From: Eledone cirrhosa
Lineage: Eukaryota
Direction of reading: 5' to 3'
NCBI GenBank assembly: GCA_964016885.1
Contig: OZ024758.1
Location: forward strand, 16,554,001 to 16,618,000
Length of the DNA stretch: 64,000 nucleotides
Shown one piece after another: positions 40,281-53,273 of this stretch. The translations under genes were made by a program, and so were the position numbers. The stretch's first letter is position 1. Each line of letters opens with the position of its first letter. Below the pieces are notes generated by a model. The model was not told where the DNA came from and ran no database searches. It saw only the letters and a list, made by a program, of their open reading frames with translations.

Positions 40281-41026
40281 GTTTTGGTGACAAATACAGT
40301 GAAGGAGGCAGAGGATTTGATGCGGGAGGTTGAGACTGTGTCGATGAGTGTGGGGCTGAGAATGAATGAGACTAAAACAAAATATCTGGTAGAGAATGTT
40401 GAGAAGCCAGAGGGGATCACTAATGTAGGCGGGAAGCCGCTGGATTTGGTTGAGGACTTCCTGTATTTGGGAGCAAAGATTGGGAATACGGAAGATGATG
40501 TGGTTGGGAGGAAGAGCAAGGCCTGGGCGGCGTGTCACAGCTTGAGATCGGTGTGGAAGTCGGACCTTCGTAGAGACCTGAAAATCCGCCTCTTCATTGC
40601 TGTAGTGGAGTCTGTGCTGCTGTATGGGTCTGAGACTTGGACACTGACCAAGAGACTCACTCAGATGGTGGATGGGTGCTACACGAGAATGCTGAGGATG
40701 GCTCTGAACATTAATCAGTATACACTGAGGATGAAAAACTCAGAGCTGTATGGGAGCATCCCAAAAGTCAGCTTAAAAGTGACACAGAGGAGACTGAGTT
40801 TGGCTGGACATGCTCACCGACATCCAGAGTTGACATTGCACTCAGTGCTCCTTTGGGAGCCCCTACATGGACACACTAGAAGAGGAAGACCAAGGTTAAC
40901 ATATGTTGATGCCCTAAGGACAGACACTGGTCTGTTGGAGATGCAGGATATGGCAGCGATAATGAGGGACAGAGACCGCTGGAAAGAACTCGTCCATGGA
41001 TCTCGGGAATTTTACCCGCCTTAGAT
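40281..41026 (+). mobile_element. 5'-truncated RTE/RTE-X LINE with uninterrupted ORF remnant (end of RT and C-terminal domain)
   Basis: GLRMNETKTK, DFLYLGA, ESVLLYGSETW, RMLRMALNI, LAGH, WEP..G...RGRP motifs; stop at 41022-41024; embedded in (TA)n. Confidence 0.92.
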
Positions 41027-41078
41027 GTAGATATATATATATATTTATATTATATATATATATACATATATATATATG

Positions 41079-41114
<36 letters not shown>

Positions 41115-41524
41115 TATATATATATATATATATGTTATATATATATATATATATGTTATATATATATATATATATATGTGCGTGTGTGTCTATGCGTGTA
41201 TGCATATATTTCCATGTTTACAGACACCCCCTATATATTTATACATATACAGATATATACATATATATACACACAAACATATACACACACAGAGACATAT
41301 ATATATATATAGATGTATACATATTCATGCATATTATACACACTCTACAAACATACAAAGACACAATTAAATACACAGCGGCCTTCACTTGATTTACAGA
41401 ATAAAAAATAGATAAATATCAGAATCTCTGCAACAAGATCAATTACCAATATTATCGTCTATTCCTAGATATTCTATAATATTCACAGATTGTCAATAAC
41501 GTTTGAGGCCCCTCTTTATCTAGA

Positions 41525-42022
41525 AAAAAAAAAGATACCAAAAACAAATAACTACCAGAGCAACACCAAAAACAGTAAAACAAACAAAAAACTTCCAAAA
41601 TATAAATAACAAAAACAGCAACAGAAACTCCCAAAACAACAACAAAAACAGCAGCAAAAACAACAACAATAATAGCAAAACAACAGCAAAAACAAATCGA
41701 AAACAAAAAATAGCAAAAACAGCAACAAAAACTCCCAAAACAGCAAAAACAGTAACAAAACTCCCAAACCACAACAAAAACAGCAAAAGCAGGAACGAAA
41801 ACAGCAAAAACATCAAAAACAGCAACAAAATTCCCCAAAACAATAACAGAAACAGCAAAAACAACAGTAGAAACAGCAAAAAACAACAACAGAACTTCAA
41901 AAACAACAGCAAAAACAGCAACAAATCTTCCAAAACAACAGCAAAAACAGCAACAAATCTTCCAAAACCACAGTAAAAACAACAAAAGAACTTCCAAAAC
42001 AACAGCAAAAACAGCAAACACA
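41525..42022. repeat. A/C-rich low-complexity repeat (AAAACAGCAAC-like)
   Basis: Directly visible. Confidence 0.85.
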
Positions 42023-42334
42023 CCGGTGCAGCTTGGTGATCTAGTTTTTATTTTATTTTTGCAATATCTCTTCTCAAATTCAATTATCTGTAATCAGAAC
42101 AAAACTGGCATTACAATATATTTATGGAACACATTGCTTACTTTTACGAGTTTTCTCCTTTATCACCATAAAAATGATTTTCAATATCGACATTATTCCT
42201 TCAGAATATTTCAATAGGAAAATCTTTTTTTTTTTTTACCATTTTCCTTCGTAATATTCTTTTTGGTATTGTTATTGTGTTTTATTATAGTTGTTGTTGT
42301 TATTATTATTATTATTATTATTATTTGCGGGTGA

Positions 42335-42795
42335 AGGGTAGTAGATTATCAGAATCGTTAGCGGGTCGTTTATATCCCTTATGGCGATTGCTTCGTTGTT
42401 TCGGCTCTTTAAGTTCTGAGTTCAAATCCCGCCGATGTAAACTTTGCCTTTCATCCTTACGGGATCGATAAAATAAAGTACCAGTAATGCACTGGTGTCG
42501 ATTTACTCGACTTTCCCCTCCCCCCCAAATTACTGACCTTGTGCCTTAAGTAGAAACGATTATTATTGGTCGATTGGCAGTATCGGTAGAGCGTCCAACA
42601 CCATGCTTTGCCGCATAGAGTTATGGCCCTTAACATTCTGAGTTTAAATGCCGCCGAGGTTAACTTTGCCTTTCCCCCTTACGGGGTCGATAAAATAAAG
42701 TACCAGTGACGCACTGGGGTCGTTTAATCGACTCCCCCCCCCCCCCCAAAAAAAAATATATATATATAGCTGGTCTTGTGCCTATATAAGAAACC

Positions 42796-42800
<5 letters not shown>
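42335..42800 (+). mobile_element. Two tandem OK-like SINEs
   Basis: Body matches. Confidence 0.85.
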
Positions 42801-42831
<31 letters not shown>

Positions 42832-44015
42832 TGCTTGTGAAGGGTAGTAGAATGGCGGAATCGTAGAGTGTAGTTTATATTCGAGGAGAAGAGACTTGGA
42901 AAAACAGACGCCGCAGCTAATAGGCTACTAGCGAGGATGGCACCTGAGGCTACACACGAACTCCACTCTGCTTCTTTTAAAGCACATGTTCTATTTGAAT
43001 ATGCAATATGCTTTCACTTCTGCCTTAATTGATGTGTGATACAACTGATAATAAGTAAACTTGGAATATTCCCAGTTGCGGGAAAAGTGAAAAGAGGATA
43101 TAGTAGATCAGATAAGACGACATACAACTATGCCAAATCCAGAGTTAAATAATTTGAACAAAGAGCTAAATATGAAGTTGGCGTTTATTCAGGTTTGTTA
43201 CACCGAAAGCGCTAAATACGGTACTTGGCTGAAGCTCAAAACATTGTCATTTATAACCTTTTATTTGATTTAGCAGAAATAATAAATAATTTTGGGGAAG
43301 TAAATGGTAACTCTTGATGTTGATGTCTTCTCGGTTTAAGGAAAAGTCATGAGCAGAAAGATTTTAAACAGGGATCAAAATCATTTTGTTGATGTTGCTC
43401 AAACTGAGCTCGATGTTATATATTGCTATTATGAGACCTACACATTTTTTATATCAATTTTCCCGACACACGGACACTGTTTGTTCAGTGTATACCATTA
43501 TTTTATAGTTTTCGAAGGGAGAAGATAGAGCTAGTAACTGGAAAGTTTGAGTTAAAAACAGTGAAGCAAAGCACCTATTATATAATAAAGCATCAGTGGA
43601 TCAAGTTTTCTTAAAATATTTACTAAAACACAAAACTTCGTAAGTGCTGGATTGCTCCAGGAAAACACATCGATATATATTAACGTATACTTCTTCATTT
43701 AATACAAAATTCCGTGCGAGTACATGTGAATATATTTCTTCATCCCACTCTCATTCCTTTTAAACACACACACACATACATACATATATATGTGGGTGTG
43801 TGTGTGTGTGCGAGTTCAGAACTAGTTGTCGAAACGGCCGGAGCTCAGGCGTCGGGATTCTGACACTTTTATTAATTAATAAAGGACCCTAAAATCTTCA
43901 ACTTCGTATTTTCTTGTTTATTAATATACTCCGTCAGCCTTGATTTTAGGAAGTAATATGACGTTGAGTGGTAGAAGTGAATTGCACCCTTATATACCGA
44001 ATATATATATATACC

Positions 44016-44057
<42 letters not shown>

Positions 44058-44174
44058 GTGAGGTTTTTTTTACAAAATGAAAAATAACCGAGTGGAAGTA
44101 TAAAGAAAAAGAGATGAAATCGAAAATGCAACTGAAGTCTTATTTTTTTTAAAAATATATATATTTATTTGGTT

Positions 44175-44212
44175 CCTTTACCGGTTTCGCAGTTCTTCTG
44201 CTTCTCAAAAGG
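44175..44212 (-). ncRNA. Decayed minimal hammerhead (family E)
   Basis: Minus strand CCTT-ttgagaa-GCAG-aagaa-CTGC-GAAAC-CG-GTA-AAGG; all stems intact, core mutated. Confidence 0.5.
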
Positions 44213-44487
44213 TGAGTTGAGATGGAGGCTCTGTGGTTTTTCTCACATCTGGTTGGTCTCTGAATGTTACTTGTTTTATATGGAAAAAGTGGCTCGAAAG
44301 CCAGGTTTTTCGAGAAGTAATTTGATTGGTTTGTCAATAATTATAATAAATTTCGCGCCAGTTCGCGTTACAATAGTTCTTCAAATAAGAGAGGGGGGGG
44401 GGTTGTCACAGTTTGTTTTTTCATATATGAGTGTTTGAATTTCTTTTTACTTGAAAAAAGGAGGCTCACGAAGGCTTTTTTTTGGTT

Positions 44488-44539
<52 letters not shown>

Positions 44540-44658
44540 ATATATATTTGCAAGAGTCTTTTGTAGACATAGATAAAAGGCAGAAGAAAAGCGAGAAGGT
44601 AATCTATGAACTTACATGAAGATTGTAAATACCGATTCTTAAGGCTTATCAAGACCTG

Positions 44659-45369
44659 TCTACTTTTGGCACAAGACCAGCAATTAACCTAGTGCATTAC
44701 TGGTACTTTATTTTATCGACCCCGTCAGGATGAAAGGCAAAGTTAACTTCAGCATGATTTGAACTCAAACCATAAAGGGCCGTAAATCTTTGCTGCAAAG
44801 CAAGGTGGTTAACCCTCTACCGATACCGCCAATACAGATTACCATTATTCAATTAAAGGCAATGTTAAGATGTTAGGCTCATCTTCAATAGACAACATCT
44901 CATTATTTAAACATAACAGTGAATTGGCAGTATCGGTAGACGGTCAGATGCCATGCTTTGCAGTATAGAGTTACGCTCCTTTACGCTCTTTGGCAGTATC
45001 AGTGGAGAGTCGGACACCATGCTTTGAAGCATAGAGTTACGGCCCTTTATGATCTGAGTTCGAATCGCGCCGAGGTTAAATTTGCCTTTCATCCTAACGG
45101 GGTCGATAAAAGAAAGTACCAGTAATACACTGGGACAATTGCTGGTCTTGTGCCAAAAGTAGAAACAATTATTTAAACATAGCAGTGGATTGGCAGTATT
45201 GGTAGAGGGTCAGATGCCATGCTTTGAGTATAGAGCTACGCCCCTTTACGGTCTGAGTTCAAATCCCGCCGAGGTTAACTTTGCTTTTCATCCTTACGGG
45301 GTCGATAAAAAAAAGTACCAGTAATACACTGGAACAATTGCTGGCCTTGTGCCAAAAGTAGAAACAATT
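44659..45369. mobile_element. OK-like SINEs: 44659-44833 (-), 44919-45172 (+, duplicated head), 45184-45369 (+)
   Basis: Body matches. Confidence 0.85.
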
Positions 45370-45763
45370 GTTTAAACATAGCCCAAACTGTGAGCCATGC
45401 AGTCATATCCAAATGTAAAGCACATGTATAATAACAGCTAAACGGAAGTATACAGACAGGTCAACAAGAATGCTAAAAATAGCTCCTCGTTAGTCCCATA
45501 AGCATGAGACTAATAATCCCATACCCTTTCTGTTCAAGTTTGCAACACATGAAATATTGCTAAATTGGAAGCAAAATCTTGCCATTAAAATCACATATTC
45601 TCATTGTATAATTTTTCCAAGTTTTCAAAATTGTTTCTACCATTTGTCAATTTCTTTCTTTTGTCATTCCTTACTGCCTTCCTTTCTTTCGTTAGTTCTT
45701 TATTTCTTTCTTTATTTCTTGCTGTCTTCCTATCTTTCTTTCCCTTCTCTCTATACATACACA

Positions 45764-45812
<49 letters not shown>

Positions 45813-46200
45813 GAAAACTGTACACATATCAGTTCAATATGCGAACAGTACCTTATCCGGTTGCCATCATTTCAGTAAATACGTGTTTCGTGCGTAAACA
45901 TAGTACCAGTGCTGATTAATGCATTGGCCACATTCAAGGAATTCAAAGGAAATATAACCAAGTTTTCTTCTATTCATACATTTCATTAAAAATGAAATGC
46001 CAGATACAAAGAAAGATTGAACCGGACCAATATAAAAGTAGTACATAAAATTCAACATGCATTAATTTAATATCGATATTCTCATTCTGTGAGTTGAATT
46101 TACATAACGATATTACTGTGGCTTCACCGAGCATGGTGGATTGTCAGAATCGTTAGTACATTGGTCAAAATACCTTTTATATTCTGTGTTCAAATGAGGT

Positions 46201-46710
46201 CCAGTACTAGTTAAGTCATGAGGCCCTGCGCTGGTTTAGTTATGAGACCCTTTACTAGTTAAGTTATGAGGCCTTGTGCTAGTTAAGTTATGACGTTCTG
46301 TACTAGTTAAGTTATGAGGCCTTGTGCTAGTTAAGTTATGAGGTTCTGTACTAGTTAAGTCATGAGGTCCAGTGCTGGTTAAGTTATGAGACCCTGTTCT
46401 AGATCAGTTATGAGGCCTTGTACTAATTACGTTATGAGGTTCTGTACTAGTTAAGTCATGAAGCCCTGTGCTAGTTAAGTTATGCGGCCTTGTGCTAGTG
46501 AAGTTATGAGGTTCTCTACTAGTTAAGCCATGAGGCCCTGTGCTAGTTAAGTTATGAGGCTCTGTGCTAGTTAAGTTATGAGGCCCTGTGCTAGTTAAGT
46601 TATGAGGCTCTGTGCTAGTTAAGTTATGAGGCCCTTTACTAGTTAAGTTATGAGGCCTTGTGCTAGTTAATTTATGAGGCCCTGTACTAGTTAAGTGATG
46701 AGGCCCCTTA
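46201..46710. repeat. 24-bp minisatellite CTAGTTAAGTTATGAGGCCCTGTG, ~21 copies
   Basis: Directly visible; begins right after a SINE head (46133-46200). Confidence 0.95.
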
Positions 46711-46898
46711 CTTATGTGCACACATAAGCACAATGGTAAATCCGGTGTATATATATATATATATATATATACGTATTTTCAGTAAATGCACGCAGTGAAA
46801 GATAGATCTAGAGTGACCACACAAACTCACAACACCACAAACTCACATGACATACACACACTCCCACTCAGAAACAGAGACACAACCACACAGAGAAT

Positions 46899-46971
<73 letters not shown>

Positions 46972-47184
46972 AATATGAATGAAAGATAACATATGTATTT
47001 CAGCGAGATACAAATATAGCTATAGCCAATCTGATACGATTTCAGGAATTCGATCAAGCAGAAATCGATCCCAAAGGTATAAATTACGTTTGCATTTCAA
47101 TGTCTGTTAGAAAACAATGTAAAAATCGTGAAAAAACAACTACAAATAAATTAATAAGTAAATAACAATAGGAACCGAATGTTA

Positions 47185-47317
47185 ATATATATATATACAT
47201 ATATATACATAGATATATATATATGTGTGTGTGTGTGTGTATGTATATATATATGTGTGTGTATATATATATATACACATGTGTATGTATATATATATGT
47301 ATATATATAAATATACA

Positions 47318-47348
<31 letters not shown>

Positions 47349-47532
47349 GTGTGTGTATATATTTATATGTATATATATGTGTATATATATGTATATATAT
47401 ATATATATTTATATACACGTGTATATATATATGTGTATATATATTTATATTTATATACACGTGTATATATATATGTGTATATATATTTATATACACGTGT
47501 ATATATATATGTGTATATATATTTATATACAC

Positions 47533-47601
<69 letters not shown>

Positions 47602-47915
47602 CATATATATACATATATATACATATATATATACACATATATACATATATATATACACATATATATACATATATATATACACATATATATACATATATAT
47701 ATACACATATATATACATATATATATACACATATATATACATATATATATACACATATATATACATATATATATACACATATATATATACACGTATATAT
47801 AATTATATATACACACATATATATACACGTGTATATAAATATGTATATATATATATGTGTATGTATATGTGTGTATGTATATATATATATATATATGTAT
47901 ATAGATGCGTTGGTC

Positions 47916-47946
<31 letters not shown>

Positions 47947-48045
47947 ATACATACACACATACATATACATACATACCCATACACACACACACATACATAC
48001 ATACCACCATATATACATATCTATATATCTATATATATATATAAA
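47185..48045. repeat. (TA)n/(TG)n/(CA)n compound microsatellite
   Basis: Directly visible. Confidence 0.95.
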
Positions 48046-48172
48046 TAAAATAATAAAAATAAAATGACGTTATATGGAATTATCGAAACCCGGTGTTTTC
48101 TTTATAAACTCCGTTTCAACTATTTGCTTCACTCTTATCAACTTAAATGATTTCATATGTTTTATTCTACAG

Positions 48173-48215
48173 GGACAAACACAATGGAACTATAAAAGTT
48201 GGCAAATGTTTCTTG
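48173..48215 (+). other. Candidate internal micro-exon (43 nt)
   Basis: Acceptor TGTTTTATTCTACAG, donor GTAATA; open as DKHNGTIKVGKCFL or GQTQWNYKSWQMFL. Confidence 0.25.
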
Positions 48216-48269
48216 GTAATATTTGTCAGCTTCAATCAATGGTTACTTAAACCAGATTTAGAAACGATC

Positions 48270-49045
48270 GTGGTGAGAGTGGTATGGTGGTGGTGGTGGT
48301 GGTTGTGAGGATGGTTGTGGTGGTGGTGGTGAGGGTGGTGGTGGTGAGGGTGGTGGTGGTGAGGGTGGTGGTGGTGGTGGTTGTGAGGGTGGTTGTAGTG
48401 GTGGTGGTGGTTGTGGTGGTGGTGGTGGTGATTGTGAGGGTGGTGGTGGTAGTGGTTGTGGTGGTGGTGGTGGTAATGGTTGTGGTGGTGGTGGTGAGGG
48501 TGGTGGTGGTGAGGGTGGTGGTGGTGAGGGTGGTGGTGGTGGTGGTGGTGAGGGTGGTGGTGGTGATGGTGGTGGTGGTGATGGTGGTTGTGGTGATGGT
48601 GGTTGTGGTGATTGGTTGTGGTGGTGGTTGTGGTGGTGGTGGTAGTGGTTGTGGTGGTGGTTGTGGTGGTGAGAGTGGTCCTGGTGGTGGTTGTGAGGGT
48701 GGTGGTGGTGGTGATTGTGAGTGTGGTGGTGGTGGTGGTAGTGTTGAGTGTGGTGGTGGTGGTAGTGTTGAGTGTGGTGGTGGTGGTAGTGTTGAGAGTG
48801 GTGGTGGTGGTGGTGGTTGTGATGGTGGTTGTGAGAGTGGTAGTAGTGAGAGTGGTGGGGGTGAGGGTTGTGGTGGTGAGTGGTGGTGGTGAGAGTGGTG
48901 GTTATGTTAATGCTAGTGGCGGAGTGGTGTTGGTGGTGAGGGTAATGGTGGTGGTGAGGGTGATAGGTAGTAGTGGTGGTGACGGTGGTGGTGAGAGTGG
49001 TGGTGGTGGTAATGCCGATAGGTAGTAGTAGTGGTGGTGTTGGTG
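48270..49045. repeat. Degenerate (GGT)n microsatellite
   Basis: Directly visible. Confidence 0.95.
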
Positions 49046-49087
49046 AGAGGCGAAGCGACAGTAAATCGAAATGGAACATCCATAGAA

Positions 49088-49270
49088 TAATTGTTTCTAC
49101 TTTAGGCACAAGGCCAGCAATAACCCAGTACATTACTGGTACTTTATTTTATCGACCCCCGTAAGGATGAAAGGCAAAGTCGACCTCGGCGGGATTTGAA
49201 CTCAGATCATAAAGGGACGTAACTATGCTGGAAAGCATGGCACCCGGCCCTCTACCGATACTGCCAATTT
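49088..49270 (-). mobile_element. OK-like SINE
   Basis: Reverse-complement match. Confidence 0.9.
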
Positions 49271-49319
49271 ACCGATAGAATAATATTTACTAGACAGAAG
49301 AAACAGAACAAAAATAGCA

Positions 49320-49790
49320 TGGGAGAGAGAGGGGGGGGGGGGTAAGGAGAGGTAAAGAGAGGGAGAGGTAAAGAGAGGGAGAGGTAAAGAGAGGGAGCGG
49401 TAAGGTCGTAGTGATGTCATTGTGTGTGGGGCCGGATGTCAACTGTGTTGGTGTAGGTAGATATATAATGAAGATAGATAGAGAGAGAGAAGTGGAAAGG
49501 CAGAGAGAGAGGCGGAGAGTGAGAGAAGAGAAAGGGAGAGGCGGAGAATGACAGAAGAGAAAGGGAGAGGCGGAGAGTAAGAGAAGAGAAAGGGAGACGC
49601 GGAGAGAGAGAGAGAAGAGAAAGAGAGAGGCGTAGAGAGAGAGAGAGAGAGAGAGAGATGCGTAGAGAAAGAGGCGGAAGGAGAGAGGAAGAAAAGAATG
49701 AAGCGGAGAGAGAGAGAAAGCAGGGGTGGTAGGAGAGAAAAATAAAGAGAAAGTGAGAGAGGGAGAGCAAGAAAGAAAGTAAGGAAGCAG
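49320..49790. repeat. GA-rich low-complexity tract
   Basis: Directly visible. Confidence 0.9.
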
Positions 49791-50055
49791 TGTTGTGTGT
49801 GTGTGACACTGGTATTAACGGTTTTAAATGTAGATAGATATGATATGTAGATAGAAATAGGACAGATGGTGAGGGTTAAACAAAAATGTATTAACAATAT
49901 CGATGTCATATTTCCAATATGGCGGCGATAGCGAATTACCTTTGTCCATGCTACACGACTTTTTCGGGGTTAATGGGACGGAAAGTTAAGATTATGATTC
50001 TGGTTTTCAAATGTAGAAAAGTCTACGCCACATACATGTTGTGTGTATGAGTGTG

Positions 50056-50089
<34 letters not shown>

Positions 50090-50132
50090 AACGATATTAA
50101 ATAAATGGAAACTATATTTATAAAACCATATC

Positions 50133-50198
50133 TATTTCATTATATATATTTCAGGGATATCATATTAACAATATGCTATGCCTTCCTCAGACAAAATA
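50133..50198 (-). ncRNA. Type I hammerhead (family A), minus-strand arm
   Basis: Mirror of 50350-50415. Confidence 0.7.
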
Positions 50199-50349
50199 CA
50201 ATATAAACAGTTTTATAGATAAATAGATTTGACATACCGTACAACATCGACTTGTATTTGAAAAGTTGAATTGCTAATTCAACTTTTCAAATACAAGTCG
50301 ATGTTGTACGGTATGTCAAATCTATTTATCTATAAAACTGTTTATATTG

Positions 50350-50415
50350 TATTTTGTCTGAGGAAGGCATAGCATATTGTTAATATGATATCCCTGAAAT
50401 ATATATAATGAAATA
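50350..50415 (+). ncRNA. Type I hammerhead (family A), plus-strand arm
   Basis: Stem I TATTTTGT/ATGAAATA; CTGAGGA 50358-50364; stem II AGG..CCT; GAAA 50396-50399; stem III AT-atat-AT; AUA triplet. Confidence 0.7.
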
Positions 50416-50789
50416 GATATGGTTTTATAAATATAGTTTCCATTTATTTAATATCGTAAATATACTCCAAATACTTGTCGAGTGCTTTTATATCAGTTAT
50501 AAATATTTACTAGTTGTAACCCAACAATTTAAATATAACTTTCCATATATATATATAAATATATTTCAGCGAGAATCGTATTTCGGCCGGTAGAAAAAGC
50601 GAAACGAAACACAAAATCGTAGAAATGCTGGCAAGCGCTCAATAGTTAAAAAACCAGAGCTAAACAATATGTTAAAACGCCATACAAACTGAAAAAGTGG
50701 TCAAGAAGGCATTAACCACCTAAGCCAAAAAACAAATCAAGCTAAACAGGTCAAACAAAATAAATGATAAATGATATATATATATATAT

Positions 50790-51076
50790 ATGAAGGAATT
50801 GGTAGTTTACTCGAAGCATTGTGTAGTGAGGTATAAACGTTTGGAGCTAGAAGGCCAGAACAATGCAAGTATGGATATAGAATATAAATACAAATGCAAA
50901 AGATATTGCTGACAATTAGTCTTTTGCCTTAATTTATTCATATATCCTGTTATTTCGAGATAGGGATATATGAATAAATTAAGGTAAAAGACTAATTGTC
51001 AGCGTTATCTTTTACATTTATATTTATATTCTATATCAAAACTTGCAATGTTCAGGACTTCTAACTTCAAACGTTT
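50790..51076. mobile_element. Family C fold-back element (diverged arms 50835-50947/50964-51076)
   Basis: Imperfect inverted repeat; paralogue 11520-11750. Confidence 0.7.
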
Positions 51077-51367
51077 GTGTGTGTGTGTGCGTATGAGTGC
51101 GTGCGTGTGCGTGTGCGTATGAGTGTGCGTGTGCGTGTGCGTATGAGTGTGCGTGTGCGTGTGCGTATGAGTGTGCGTGTGTGTGTGCGTATGAGTGTGC
51201 GTGTGCGTGTGTGTGTGCGTATGAGTGTGCGTGTGTGTGTGCGTATGAGTGTGCGTGCGTGCGTGCGTATGAGTGTGCGTGCGTGCGTGCGTATGAGTGT
51301 GCGTGCGTATGAGTGTGCGTGCGTGCGTGCGTATGAGTGTGCGTGCGTATGAGTGTGCGTGCGTGTG

Positions 51368-51423
<56 letters not shown>

Positions 51424-51430
51424 TGTGTGT
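51077..51430. repeat. (GTGC)n/(GTGCGTATGAGT)n simple repeat
   Basis: Directly visible. Confidence 0.95.
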
Positions 51431-51620
51431 ATATGGTGGCTGCAGACTCTGTTAAACGTATTGCAATCGCTTGTCAGATTATAGAGAATGGTGCACTTTT
51501 AGGCTACGGTCAGCCACACGAACCTTTAACATAACCGGAACAAGCAATACCTGTGCTTTGAAGGGTTTTTTTTATGTGGGGAAAGGTATATATATATATT
51601 CACACATACATGCACGCAAT

Positions 51621-51917
51621 TCGGATCTAGCTATCGAAACGGCCGGAGCTCAGCCGTCGGGGTCCTGAATATTTTCATATTACCCACTACTACCCACTTA
51701 TCGAGTACTCTGGTGGGTTATTGTCCACCTACAATTTTACCACACCCTTTCTTATGTATATCAGATGGGGTGAGGTAAAAACCAGCTATACCATAACCCC
51801 CCAGAGTACTCAATATTTGGGGTAGTGGAGTGGGCAATATGACAAGATTCAGGACCCGACGGCTGTCGGATCTAGCTGTTGAAATAGCCGGAGCTCAGCT
51901 GCCGGGCTCCTGAATCT

Positions 51918-51918
<1 letters not shown>
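51621..51918. mobile_element. Family B composite: forward, inverted and forward fragments
   Basis: GAAACGGCCGGAGCTCAGCCGTCGGGGTC and its inverse. Confidence 0.7.
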
Positions 51919-51949
<31 letters not shown>

Positions 51950-52053
51950 CTGTGTGTGTGTGTGTGTATACGTTTGGTGCACATATCCAAAGTTAAGAGC
52001 ACACTCAGTCCATGGAACGAGTTAAGTATAATTAGTTACAACAGTGACATATA

Positions 52054-52101
52054 CAGGTACTTAAGTTTCGTTGGGTTATGCACCCCAACTCATTCAGTCT
52101 G
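52054..52101 (-). ncRNA. Hammerhead with expanded core CUGAAUGA (family I)
   Basis: Minus strand CAGA-CTGAATGA-GTTGGG-gtgcataa-CCCAAC-GAAAC-TTAA-GTA-CCTG. Confidence 0.6.
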
Positions 52102-52834
52102 GCTGAATAAGTTGGGGTGTATGAATACAGGTGAATTTATGTTGTAGGTGATTAAAGAAATACATAGAAATTGTTTATGACAACAAACTGTAGATAACTG
52201 TTGGAGGATCAAGAAGTAAAAATTTGAGCTATACGAAAGGAAAATGAGGAAGTGACTAAAACGATAACCACTGTGTCACTTGGCTTAGTGAAGGGCTCTG
52301 ATTTTTCTAAATCATTTATCAAAGCTAACACAAAGATGTAAAGAATATAACTACGATCTGCCTTATGTATGAACTTTCTGGTTTACCTTCCATCAGACGT
52401 CCAAAAACCAATAAACAATTTGAAAATAGAAAATCTTCTGGAAGGAAAACTTCACAAAAATAAAATTCTACACAATAAACACGAAATAACGCCAAGACCT
52501 CACTTTCTACATCATAGAACTACAAAGAACTCACATTTGACAGTATTGGTAAATAGTAAAAAAAAATAAAACTAGATGTCTAGACAGACAATACGTTTGA
52601 TGTAGATATAACTGTATAACATGTCACATTCTGACGTAATTGATACTTGTTTTTGAAGATATTTAGTGATAATCCAGGCATCAATGGTGGTACCCCAGCA
52701 TGGGATCAGTCTTTCGACGGGAACTCGTAGTAGAGTAATCAGATGCACAGATATATAAACTTATACATATATATACATATATATATACTGAAGTAAAAGT
52801 GAAGTGGAAATATGCAAGAGTAAGAGCACTCAGT

Positions 52835-52882
52835 CAGGCTGAATGAATTGGGGCCCAGAACCCAACGAAACTTGAGTACGCA
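52835..52882 (+). ncRNA. Second family I hammerhead (more decayed)
   Basis: CAGG-CTGAATGA-aTTGGG-gcccagaa-CCCAAC-GAAAC-TTGA-GTA-CGCA. Confidence 0.5.
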
Positions 52883-52979
52883 TTTATGTCATTATTGTAA
52901 TAATTTACACACACACACACACACACATACACATATATATGGCTAAATACACACATAATTTCATCATCTTACTCCCGTC

Positions 52980-53168
52980 TAACTTTGGCAAAAAGAGAAT
53001 GTCAATTAAATTGACTCTAGTACGTGACTGGTATATAATTTTATCGACCCTGTTAGGAAGAAAGGCAAAGTTAACCTCGGTGGGATTTGAACTCAGAACG
53101 TAAAATGTCGTAAATATGCCGCGAAGCATGATGTCCAACCCTCTACCGATCCTACTAATTCACCCCCC
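52980..53168 (-). mobile_element. Diverged OK-like SINE
   Basis: Reverse-complement match. Confidence 0.8.
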
Positions 53169-53273
53169 GTATAACATTGATCAAGTTTATAATATAAATT
53201 CGTCCGATCTAATAACTCTTACATGTGGCAGAATCCAATATTTGGAGATACCATTAGTGAAGTATTATACATC

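Larger units (their letters stand above)
50091..50545. mobile_element. Family A element as a palindrome (182-bp arms, 3-nt spacer at 50273-50275)
   Basis: 50091-50272 is the reverse complement of 50276-50457 with no mismatch seen. Confidence 0.85.

Noticed and set aside
39951-41024. 357-aa ORF as a host gene
   Set aside because: The N-terminal ~110 aa are TA-repeat translation; the rest is a truncated LINE ORF lacking the catalytic RT core
47028-47066. Minus-strand hammerhead-like motif (CTGCTTGA...GAAAT-CGT-ATC)
   Set aside because: Core and stem II both defective and no second copy to support it
48258-49133. His/Pro-rich extensin-like ORF
   Set aside because: (GGT)n repeat translation that starts inside a SINE tail
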